IMG/VR virus record: IMGVR_UViG_3300046692_000072
Span: 1-64,000 of that record
Reading direction: 5' to 3' (one strand)
Source: a virus
DNA length: 64,000 bases
Under the pieces are notes generated by a model. That model saw only the letters and a list, made by a program, of their open reading frames with translations. It was not told where the DNA came from and did no database searches. Below, one piece after another: positions 1 to 9,000 of the stretch (positions are counted from its first letter, which is position 1; every line of letters begins with the position of its first letter). The position numbers and the translations under genes are program-made.

Positions 1-17
1 ACAGAGATTGGCTTACG

Positions 18-2162
18 ATGTATGATCTAACCGGTGTATCCCATCACCCTGTGATCTCAGAGATTATGGGTGTTCTGGGTAACAAGTTACAGAACAAAGA
101 TGAGTCTTTTTTCAGGGTTGAAATTGCTTATTTCATCTCCAAAATCGCCTCAACTATGAGAGCCAAAGTCCTCACGAAAGATCGTGGGGAAATCCCCGTC
201 AATACCTATGTGCTTGCTCTTGCAAACTCAGGTTTTGGTAAGGGACACTCCGTCAACGTCATTGAGGATGAACTCCTCAAGGGCTTTCGTACCCGATTCA
301 TGGAAGACACCTTCAAGATTATCTCTGAAGGTAACCTCTGGGAGATCGCAAATCAGCGAGCTCTCCGTAACAACACGGATCAGGCTGAAGAATACGAACG
401 TGTAGAAAAGGAATTTAAGAGCGCTGGAGCGCTTCCTTTCACGTTCGACAGTGGTACTCCACCCGCAGTCAAGCAACTGCGTCACAAGCTCCTGATGAGC
501 AACTGTGGGTCCATCAATCTCCAGATTGACGAAATCGGTTCTAACCTCATCGCTAACGTCGAGGTTCTCACCCTGTTCCTTGAACTTTATGACCAAGGTA
601 AGGTCAAGCAAAAGCTGACCAAAAACACAGCAGAGAACCAGAGAGGCGAGGAACTTGAGGGGAAGACGCCTACTAATATGCTTCTGTTCGGTACTCCTTC
701 TAAGCTCTTGGATGGAGGACAAACGGAAGATCAGTTCTACAGCTTTCTGGAGACTGGATATGCCCGCCGTTGCCTTTTCGGTTACGGTAAGCATCAACCT
801 ACTAGCGATGTGCTTACCCCAGAAGAGGTATATGCACGACTCGTAGAGACCCAGAACGATAGCACTATTGTTAAGTGGTCTCGTCACTTTGAGACACTTG
901 CAGATCCTGCCATGTATGACTGGCGGATGAGTGTTGAGGATGACACTGGTATCGAGCTTATCAAGTATAAGATCGACTGTGAAACCCGAGCCAAGGGAAT
1001 GAAGGAACACGAAGAGATCAAGAAAGCTGAAATGTCTCACCGATATTTCAAGGCTCTGAAGCTCGCTGGTGCCTTTGCCTTCCTTGATAAGAGCTTGGAG
1101 ATCACCATTGAGCATCTCAAGAGTGCTATCCTGCTCACTGAACAGTCAGGGGATTCCTTCCAGGAGATCCTGAACCGTGAGAAAGCCTATAACAAGCTGG
1201 CAAGATACATTGCTGAGGTTGGTACAGAGGTCACTCATGCTGACCTGAATGAAAACCTGCCGTTCTACAAGCAGGGTTCAGCAGCTCGTAATGAAATGAT
1301 GACGATGGCGATTGCTTGGGGTTATAAGCAACACATCATCATCAAGAAGAGGTTTATCGATGGGATCGAGTTCTTCCAAGGGGAAACCCTACAGGAGACC
1401 GATATCTCCAAGATCGGGGTCTCATACTCCGACAACTGGGCGTACAACTATCACTATGAGTTGGCACCCTTCGACAAACTCCATGAGCTCACTCAGGTTC
1501 CTGGTCTCCATTGGGCGAACCATTCGTTCAAGAACAACCATCGTGCAGAAGATAACGTTATTCCAGGTTTTAATCTGGTCGTTATTGATGTGGATGGTGG
1601 GATTCCTTTGGCTACTGTCCATGATCTTATGAAAGAATATAAGTTCATGACCTACACAACCAAGCGACATTCCGAAGAGGAAAATCGTTTTAGGTTGCTC
1701 CTGCCTACCAATTACTGCCTTCAGTTAGACAGTGATGAGTACAAGGAGTTTATGAACGGTATCATGAACTGGTTACCTTTCGCAGTAGACGAGTCTTCGA
1801 ACCAGAGAGCCAAGAAGTGGGAGTCCTTTGATGGTGAACACTTCTATAATCTCGATGGTGACCTGCTAGACGTTCTGCCTTTCATTCCGAAGACTTCTAG
1901 GAATGAACAGCTTAGAGCTGAAGGCAAGGCTATCGAAAATCTCGACAACCTTGAGCGTTGGTTTGCTCCTCGCATCGCTACTGGCAATCGCAACAACCAG
2001 ATGGTCAAATTTGCGTTTGCACTTGTGGATAGTGGGATGGATCTCTTCGCTGTCCGCGAGAAGGTTCTTGAGTTCAACAAGAAACTCAGCAACGCCTTGC
2101 CCGAGGACGAGATAGAGAGCACCATACTTGTGTCCGTAGCAAAAAGGTTTCAAGGCAAATGA
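18..2162 (+). CDS. DNA primase (N4 gp43-like)
   Basis: 714 aa; N-terminal P-loop (ANSGFGKG), primase-like DVDGG and YTTKRH motifs, PriCT-like C-terminus (GNRNNQM); N4 synteny primase-ATPase-SSB. Confidence 0.85.
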   Translation: MYDLTGVSHHPVISEIMGVLGNKLQNKDESFFRVEIAYFISKIASTMRAKVLTKDRGEIPVNTYVLALANSGFGKGHSVNVIEDELLKGFRTRFMEDTFKIISEGNLWEIANQRALRNNTDQAEEYERVEKEFKSAGALPFTFDSGTPPAVKQLRHKLLMSNCGSINLQIDEIGSNLIANVEVLTLFLELYDQGKVKQKLTKNTAENQRGEELEGKTPTNMLLFGTPSKLLDGGQTEDQFYSFLETGYARRCLFGYGKHQPTSDVLTPEEVYARLVETQNDSTIVKWSRHFETLADPAMYDWRMSVEDDTGIELIKYKIDCETRAKGMKEHEEIKKAEMSHRYFKALKLAGAFAFLDKSLEITIEHLKSAILLTEQSGDSFQEILNREKAYNKLARYIAEVGTEVTHADLNENLPFYKQGSAARNEMMTMAIAWGYKQHIIIKKRFIDGIEFFQGETLQETDISKIGVSYSDNWAYNYHYELAPFDKLHELTQVPGLHWANHSFKNNHRAEDNVIPGFNLVVIDVDGGIPLATVHDLMKEYKFMTYTTKRHSEEENRFRLLLPTNYCLQLDSDEYKEFMNGIMNWLPFAVDESSNQRAKKWESFDGEHFYNLDGDLLDVLPFIPKTSRNEQLRAEGKAIENLDNLERWFAPRIATGNRNNQMVKFAFALVDSGMDLFAVREKVLEFNKKLSNALPEDEIESTILVSVAKRFQGK

Positions 2163-2911
2163 GCACCACCGAAGAAGAAATCCCTGAACTGGCATTTAAT
2201 CCCCAACTGGTTCTGATCAGTGGGGAATCTGGCTCAGGGAAATCGGCATCACTTCGTAATCTGAAGGACCAGGAAAACTGGTTGTTTATGAACTGTGAGG
2301 CAGGTAAGCGCCTGCCTTTCAAAAACAGTTTTGAAACGGTTACGATCACTGATCCATACAGCACTTATGATGGGCTTGATTACGTCAAGAACACCGCTAA
2401 TATGCGTGGAGCTATCATCGATACCACCACGTTCCTAATGGACATGCATGAGTCTCAGTTCGTGATTAACAGTCCGAACACCCAAGCTGCTTGGGGGACG
2501 TATGCGCAGTTCTGGAAAAACCTGATGCAGCAGAAGGTAGCTCCACTCGGTAAACCCGTTATCATGCTCGCCCACGTAGTGGACGTATATGATGAAAAGA
2601 ATGCCGAGATGAAAACCCATATCCCTGTAAAGGGATCCCTGAAGAACCAGGGCATTGAGGCGTATTTCTCCACTAACGTCATGACTCGTAAGATGCCATT
2701 GCGTGATCTGGAAGATTACAAAAACCCGATGCTAAATATAACCGAGGACGAAGAGATGCTTGGGTTCAAGCATTGCTTTCAAACTCGTCTAACCAAGAAG
2801 ACTATCGGAACTCGTATCCGCTCCCCCATTGGAATGTTTACAAAGGAAGAGACGTTTATCGACAACGATTGCCAAGTCCTCTTGGACCACCTCAAGGAGT
2901 TCTACTCCTAA
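2159..2911 (+). CDS. Sak4-like AAA ATPase / ssDNA-annealing protein (N4 gp44-like)
   Basis: Walker A GESGSGKS, Walker B-like IIDTTT; lies between primase and SSB. Confidence 0.8.
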   Translation: MSTTEEEIPELAFNPQLVLISGESGSGKSASLRNLKDQENWLFMNCEAGKRLPFKNSFETVTITDPYSTYDGLDYVKNTANMRGAIIDTTTFLMDMHESQFVINSPNTQAAWGTYAQFWKNLMQQKVAPLGKPVIMLAHVVDVYDEKNAEMKTHIPVKGSLKNQGIEAYFSTNVMTRKMPLRDLEDYKNPMLNITEDEEMLGFKHCFQTRLTKKTIGTRIRSPIGMFTKEETFIDNDCQVLLDHLKEFYS

Positions 2912-2944
2912 AGGGGTAGAGCATAGCAAAAAGGACAACCCACA

Positions 2945-3679
2945 ATGGGCAATATTTTTAAAGACCTTGGTAACAAGGAAGGTGTCAAATCTGCGGATGA
3001 CCGTCTTGGCGGATTCCGTACTTTTGAAACGGATATCTATGAAGCAGAGATCCTTGCCATGTATTCGATCAAATCTGCTGGTAACGCTCATGGCGTTCAT
3101 CTGTCGCTGAAGATCGGTGACGGGCAGTATGATGAAGATATCTGGGTCACCAATAAGAAGGGTGAAAACACCTTCACCAAGGACGGTGTTACATCCTATC
3201 TCCCAGGTTGGAACCATGCAGATCATATCGCAATGGTTGCCACTGGCAATAAGGGTCTTGCTGACCTGGATGTTGAAGACAAGACCTTTAAGGTCTATGA
3301 TCCCAACGCCAAGGCTCAGCTTCCCAAGTCTGTACCGACCTTCGTTGAAGTGCTCGGCAAGAAGATCTGGGTAGCTCTCGTCAAGAAGATCGAGAACGGC
3401 GCTGACAAGGTTGGTACCGAGTATGTTGCCAACAACAAGAAGCGCGAATCGAATTCCATCGATAAGGTTTTCGATTACGACACGAAGCTGACGATTGCTG
3501 AAGCAACCGCCAATCCCCCAAAGCCTGCTGAGTTCTTTGATGCATGGCTTGCTCAGAACAAGGGCAAGACTCGTGACACTTACAAGGAGATCCAGGGCGG
3601 TGGAACAACCGGTCGTCCTGCTGGTGCACCTCCTGCTGGCGGTGACAGCAACAAGCCTTCCCTCTTTGGGAAGAAATAA
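2945..3679 (+). CDS. ssb: single-stranded DNA-binding protein (N4 gp45-like)
   Basis: 244 aa, DRLGG near N-terminus, flexible G/P/A tail ending SLFGKK; synteny; AAGGA RBS. Confidence 0.8.
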   Translation: MGNIFKDLGNKEGVKSADDRLGGFRTFETDIYEAEILAMYSIKSAGNAHGVHLSLKIGDGQYDEDIWVTNKKGENTFTKDGVTSYLPGWNHADHIAMVATGNKGLADLDVEDKTFKVYDPNAKAQLPKSVPTFVEVLGKKIWVALVKKIENGADKVGTEYVANNKKRESNSIDKVFDYDTKLTIAEATANPPKPAEFFDAWLAQNKGKTRDTYKEIQGGGTTGRPAGAPPAGGDSNKPSLFGKK

Positions 3680-3682
3680 TAA

Positions 3683-4486
3683 GTGTATCAGGTAGATGTG
3701 CCGATATATCTTCCTAAGACCAAGAAGAAGAGCTTTGCCTTAAATTTAAACATTTATCGTAATGCTCACTTCTTGCTCTTGAACAAAATGAAGATAGCTT
3801 TCAAGAATAAAATCGAAGATCAGCTAGCTTCATTACCGACCATGGATGGGGTGAAGTTGACCTATACTCTATTCATGGGAACCAATAGGGATGTGGACCT
3901 ATCGAACATCTGCGTTGTAGTGGACAAGTTCTTCTGCGATGCACTCGTTGAAGCAGGTAAACTGCCAGACGATAATATAGGTTATCTGCAAGCTATTGAT
4001 TACCGCTTTGGGGGAGTCGATAAGAACAACCCCAGGGTGGAAGTAACCCTCGAACCAACGTCTATAAAAGAGGACACAACAATGAGAATTTTTCTCGTTC
4101 AGTCTGAGATCGAACAGGCTATTCAGAACTACATCGGTGAACAGATGTCTGTTTCTGACGGCAAGGCGTTCGATATCAAGATCGCCGCAACTCGTGGCGA
4201 TGAGGGTTTCACTGCTGAAATCAACATCGTTGATAAGGTAGAGGTTCCTGAAACGGAAGCTCACAAGGAGAAGGTACGTCGCGGACCCCGTAACAAGGTA
4301 TCCGATGCCGTCACCGCTCTCCAGTTCGGCAAGCAGGAATCCGAGATCCCTGTGGTCGAAGATCCTGTCGTTGACAACGAAGTAGAGGACGCATCTGAAG
4401 GTGAGACTGCTCCTACCGCTGATGAAGCAGGTGTTCCTGCATTCCTTCAGGGTGGTAAGAAGTCCATCTTCGGCAACGCTAGCTAA
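3683..4486 (+). CDS. RusA-like Holliday junction resolvase fused in frame to a second conserved domain
   Basis: RDVDLSN..DKFFCDAL..G.LPDDN and NPRVEV are RusA hallmarks; second domain starts MRIFLVQSEIEQAI at 4082. Confidence 0.75.
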   Translation: MYQVDVPIYLPKTKKKSFALNLNIYRNAHFLLLNKMKIAFKNKIEDQLASLPTMDGVKLTYTLFMGTNRDVDLSNICVVVDKFFCDALVEAGKLPDDNIGYLQAIDYRFGGVDKNNPRVEVTLEPTSIKEDTTMRIFLVQSEIEQAIQNYIGEQMSVSDGKAFDIKIAATRGDEGFTAEINIVDKVEVPETEAHKEKVRRGPRNKVSDAVTALQFGKQESEIPVVEDPVVDNEVEDASEGETAPTADEAGVPAFLQGGKKSIFGNAS

Positions 4487-4489
4487 ACA

Positions 4490-4645
4490 GTGTCGGATGC
4501 CATCTTAGCCTTGGTGATCACCATAGTAGTCTTCTTCTTCATCTGGAAGATTATAGCTATGGCAGTGATCGCTCTAGCGGGGCTAGGAGGAGCAGTTGTA
4601 CTGTTTTGTATAGTGTGGGTGCTCCTGAAGCTCCGTAAACACTAA
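4490..4645 (+). CDS. small membrane protein (51 aa, two hydrophobic segments)
   Basis: GTG..TAA ORF translated by hand: MSDAILALVITIVVFFFIWKIIAMAVIALAGLGGAVVLFCIVWVLLKLRKH. Confidence 0.6.
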   Translation: MSDAILALVITIVVFFFIWKIIAMAVIALAGLGGAVVLFCIVWVLLKLRKH

Positions 4646-4679
4646 GCCCCTCTGGTAATCCCAGGGGGGTTCTTTTTTG
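4646..4679 (+). terminator. intrinsic terminator
   Basis: CCCCTCTGG/CCAGGGGGG hairpin followed by TTCTTTTTT. Confidence 0.7.
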
Positions 4680-4698
4680 ACCCAGAAGGAAAATATTA

Positions 4699-4860
4699 GT
4701 GGAACAAGGTAAACCAGCTCTTGTCACTTTGCTGACAGGTGTTATTCAAGCTTTCGAAAAGCTCAACAAGAAGTCAGCAGAATCAACCCTAGCGCTTCGC
4801 AGTGCAGAGGTTGCTCGCTTCTGGCTCCAAGAGGACATTCGGAAGAATGAGGACAACTAA
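4699..4860 (+). CDS. hypothetical protein (53 aa)
   Basis: GTG start after AAGGA; overlaps start of next ORF. Confidence 0.5.
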   Translation: MEQGKPALVTLLTGVIQAFEKLNKKSAESTLALRSAEVARFWLQEDIRKNEDN

Positions 4861-5095
4861 GGCAGACCGGGATCGTCTAATCGAAATGAAAGCCAGGGGC
4901 TTATCCTACGAACAAATCCGTAGGGCTACTGGCTTTTCTATTTGCACTATCCGGCGATGGACTAGTCCTGAATATAGGGAAAAGGCTAATCGCCTTAATC
5001 TCGCAAGGTACAAAAAGAATTGGGCTGAGAGCCCTGAGTACCGCGAAAGTCGTACAGAGTACAGACGTGAGTACCGATATAGGACGGGCGTGTAA
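4847..5095 (+). CDS. HTH DNA-binding protein
   Basis: GLSYEQIRRATGFSICTIRRW helix-turn-helix pattern. Confidence 0.7.
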   Translation: MRTTKADRDRLIEMKARGLSYEQIRRATGFSICTIRRWTSPEYREKANRLNLARYKKNWAESPEYRESRTEYRREYRYRTGV

Positions 5096-5379
5096 TGGGT
5101 ATTCGAATCTCTCAGGAAAAAGAAGATCTCATTCATTCCATGAGAACCGATGGGCGGACAATCAAAGAGATTGCTGAGTACCTACAGGTATCCTTGCAAT
5201 GTGTCTCTGATCATCTTAATCCTGAGAGTCGTGCCAAGCGATATGCAGACACCTATGCTCGTACCGCTAAGGACAAGCAGGATCCAGAGAAGATGGAAAG
5301 GATCCTTGCTCGTCGTAAAGAGTACTACTATCGGATCAAGATCAAGAAGATCCTAGGAGACAATTGGAATGCCAAGTGA
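5095..5379 (+). CDS. HTH DNA-binding protein
   Basis: GRTIKEIAEYLQVSLQCVSDHL HTH pattern. Confidence 0.7.
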   Translation: MGIRISQEKEDLIHSMRTDGRTIKEIAEYLQVSLQCVSDHLNPESRAKRYADTYARTAKDKQDPEKMERILARRKEYYYRIKIKKILGDNWNAK

Positions 5380-5707
5380 TGCATGGAGACTATCCCCAAA
5401 GCAATTAGCTCAAGCAAAGAAGATGCTTGAAACCGGTATGAAACGTACCGCTATTGCTAAGTTCTTGGGGTGTAGTCACCCTACGATCTACAGGGCATTT
5501 CCTGTGGAGCAGGATAGCACACAAGAAATTATCCTCAAGCTACGAGCTCGTGTGAAGAAGCTGGAAGAGGATATCTCTGAAATTTATTCAGCTTTCAACA
5601 TGCAACAGAAGAAACCTATTGTTTCTGATGAGGAACCAAAACGTGATCGCAAGAATACACGCCGCAGTAAAATACGTCCTATTCAAGAAGGACATGCCGA
5701 TGTTTGA
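5369..5707 (+). CDS. HTH DNA-binding protein with coiled coil
   Basis: GMKRTAIAKFLGCSHPTIYRAF resolvase-type HTH. Confidence 0.7.
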   Translation: MPSDAWRLSPKQLAQAKKMLETGMKRTAIAKFLGCSHPTIYRAFPVEQDSTQEIILKLRARVKKLEEDISEIYSAFNMQQKKPIVSDEEPKRDRKNTRRSKIRPIQEGHADV

Positions 5708-6065
5708 ACTTGGGGATCTTGTAAAAAAGAAGTCAGGTTCTTTCTGGCGAGGCAAGGTAGTTGGGTATTACTCAACTGAGCAAACCCCTATCGGGTATTG
5801 CGTCCAGCTTGTCATTGCTGATCCAAGGGAAGACGATAACCTTATGCCAGTTCAGATCTATCCTGAATCCGCACTGGAACCTGCTCTATCAGCACGAAAC
5901 CATCCCTATGAGAACACTGATCTCTACGTTCGCTTTCTTGCAGAGAATGGTAACGATACTGAAATCTGGTCCTTCATCACTTACTGGACCTACGGGGATT
6001 GGGATGATCTCGATAAGAATTGGCCTGAGTGGAAAAAGTTCGTAGAGAAAAACGGGGGCAAATAG
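5700..6065 (+). CDS. dfrB: type II (R67/DfrB-like) dihydrofolate reductase domain with C-terminal extension
   Basis: FELGDLVKKKSGSFWRGKVVGYYSTEQTPIGY...VQIYPESALE aligns with R67 [32 protein letters not shown]...VQIYPVAALE. Confidence 0.75.
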   Translation: MFELGDLVKKKSGSFWRGKVVGYYSTEQTPIGYCVQLVIADPREDDNLMPVQIYPESALEPALSARNHPYENTDLYVRFLAENGNDTEIWSFITYWTYGDWDDLDKNWPEWKKFVEKNGGK

Positions 6066-6079
6066 CCCCCATCTTTTTT
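6048..6079. terminator. bidirectional terminator between convergent blocks
   Basis: AAAAAC-GGGGGC-AAATA-GCCCCC-ATCTTTTTT. Confidence 0.7.
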
Positions 6080-9000
6080 AGAAAACTAGATTAAGATATG
6101 GATTAAGGAATGGGGCACGTAGTCCCATCCCTGGTCCAATAGAGTTACCTAAGTTGCCATCCTCAAGAACAGTAAAGAAGTTGTCTGTCATTGGGGTACC
6201 AATACTACCAATAATGGGTAGCGAAGGTGTGCTCATGAACAGCAACGCTCTCAATGGATTTCTACGGATCGTGCGAAGAGCAATCTTCACAGACCTGATC
6301 TTGAAATTCCAGAACCAGATAGCACCAATGCTTTCCAGGTAATTCCTGGTTCTACCGGAGAGTCTGTTGTAGTTCACAAACTCTTCAGAGACATTCGCTA
6401 CTGCCTCAGTGTGAGGCATCGTCTTCTTCAGATGATCGTAGAGAATACCCTTTGCCAAGAAGTCACCATACTGAGTGGCACGAGCAAGAGCTTTATATGC
6501 AACAGTGTCTTTGGTGATCATTGCATAGCGAGCCACGGTCTGAGCAGGACCAGGGATCGGGATATTCTTGACCAAGTTCTCAACGTAATCAACGTACTTA
6601 CCCTTGGAGATCGCAAGATCTTCCTGAGTAGGTCCACCTTCACTGATGGCACTGAATTGACCTTCTTCAATCAGCTTCCAGATCGAGAGACGCTTATTGC
6701 TGTCCTCCAACTGGTTCCATTCAGTCTGAAGCTTACGCTCAGCACGTACATCCTTACGAACCTGTGCAGCTCTCAAGTCTGCCTCCAGTTCAATCTGGCG
6801 ATCCTTGTTCTGAATGTACTTGTTGACCTCAATGGTCTTGGTTGCCATGCCACGGATGATATCCGTAACCGGCACACCTGCATGCAGAAGCTGGTACATG
6901 TTCGAGAGGATGTTCGATACTGGAACGATCACGGACTTCACCACGATCAGTTCCTTGGCAGCAGCAACACCCTTCTGAACAACCTCCTCACCTTTGACGA
7001 GGTACTTATAGGCATTGTTACCATCACCAGCGATATCGAATATCGTAGTAGCAATCTTCCTGAACCGTTTTACGGTAGACTCCGACCAACGTGTATTCCC
7101 AGTCCATGCATCACCTACAGATGCCTGACGGGAACCAAACGAGTCGTTGAGCATGTCCTTACGGACCCACAACTCTTTCCCCCCAAATTCCCGTTGGATC
7201 TCTGCCCTGACCTCAGGAGAGATGAGCTTAGCAGCATCCTGGATAATTTTATCCTTGGAAGCAAAGAAATCCACGAACTGATTTTTATCTTCAGGACGTG
7301 CATCGTTATAAATAGTCGCAAGGTTCTTGATCAGTTCTGTATTGAACTGACGAGCAAAATGCTCTTCAACCTGACGACCCTTCCAAGCACCAATCATCTC
7401 AGAGAGATTACGATTGGGGTTAAGACGTTCAAGCTGCGCTGGATGAGCGTGGCGCTCGTAAGCAACCACGTCACCTAGTGCGTCATAGATGGGGAGGAGG
7501 GCTTCGAATCCACCGTTGCTTCTACGCCGTCTAGTAATTCGGGCGACCTCAGCAGCATCACGGATAACGCCAGCATTGACAGTCCCGACAGTTTGCCCTG
7601 TGACCGGATCAACGCCGGAAGCAGTGCTATGGACAGTTTGGAAGATGCCTTGATTGTAGGCTGCTTTACCGGCGACAGGTGCATAGTAGTATCCTCTGCT
7701 AACCCCAGAACCCTCAGACTTAGAACCTTCGTAATCCGCTACACGGGTGAACCCCAGCGGAAGCAGTTTGGTTCCATAGTGATCGTTAATGATAGTTAGC
7801 TGGTGACCATTTTCGTTTTCGAGGGGAATGAAACCCTTATAATGATTTGCTTTCGCAACGTCATTGGTCACCCGAGCCATTTCATCTTTACGCTGCCCAG
7901 TCAGATATGCAAGGGTAAATTCCATGCCTTCTGGTTCCTTTTGAACCAAGGAGGACAGGGTGCTCATGATCTGGCGATCCAGCTTATCCAACGCAGTAAG
8001 GGTAACCAATTGATCAATCACATCAATCAGCTCCTGAGGAGCACGGGACTTGCGACCACCCTCACCGAGCAGGTTCGCTATAGCATGAGCATTGCGGAGC
8101 TGGTTGGCACTAGCCTCCCCCGTATTCATGAATTTAGCGAGCTCAGCGATCTTAAGCAGGAGCTTCTGTTCGTTGATGGGATCCAACGTGCGGAGACGGA
8201 GTTGCAGTTTCTGGAGTTCCTGTGCAACCGCAGCAGGGGATTCCAAAACCTCCAAAGTTTTGTTAACGCCCAGAGACTCTACAAGAGACGCCAGATCGGT
8301 TTTCGCAAGTCCATTATACAGATGCTCCCATTCCTGATCAGAGAGTTTAACCGTAAAGTGCCTAGCAATTTTAGCAGGCAACTTCTCACGGAACTGCTGA
8401 CGAGACTGTTGGACGACCGTCCGAACCTTTGTGATCATATCCCAAACGGAGGCATTACTCTGGAGTCTTCCAGACATTTCGGAAAAGAATTCCCGAAGCG
8501 TAGTCATACCTTCTTGCCTATTCAGTATCCCAGTTACGCTCTCGGCAATAGACCCAGCTACATTATCATTGATAATGCCTAGAGACATACGAGACATCGT
8601 AGCAGCAAAGCTTGCCCACTTGTTAGATGGGTTAGATGCCACATAGGTCTTGAGTTTCTTATCCCACTTGTCAGTGAGAGACTGGGTATTCTCACGGAGC
8701 ATCTGCTCAAAGCCAGAGATCTTATTACCCACTTGGTTCAGAATGAAGAACTTGTCTTCAGCTTCTTGAGCCGCAAGGACTTGAACCAGGGAGTTAATAG
8801 CTTGAGCTACGTTCTCACCCTTTTGACCACTAACAGACTTAGTGAAGTTATCAATTACATTAAGACCAGCCTTCATGAGAACATCATCAAACTTAGACTC
8901 TTGCTTATCCGCAATGTTCTTAGGGAGACTGAATTTCTTCAGGACTCCCTGAAGTCTCTCACTAGTTACAGCGAGAGCCAAGAAAGTAGGCATCAATGCT

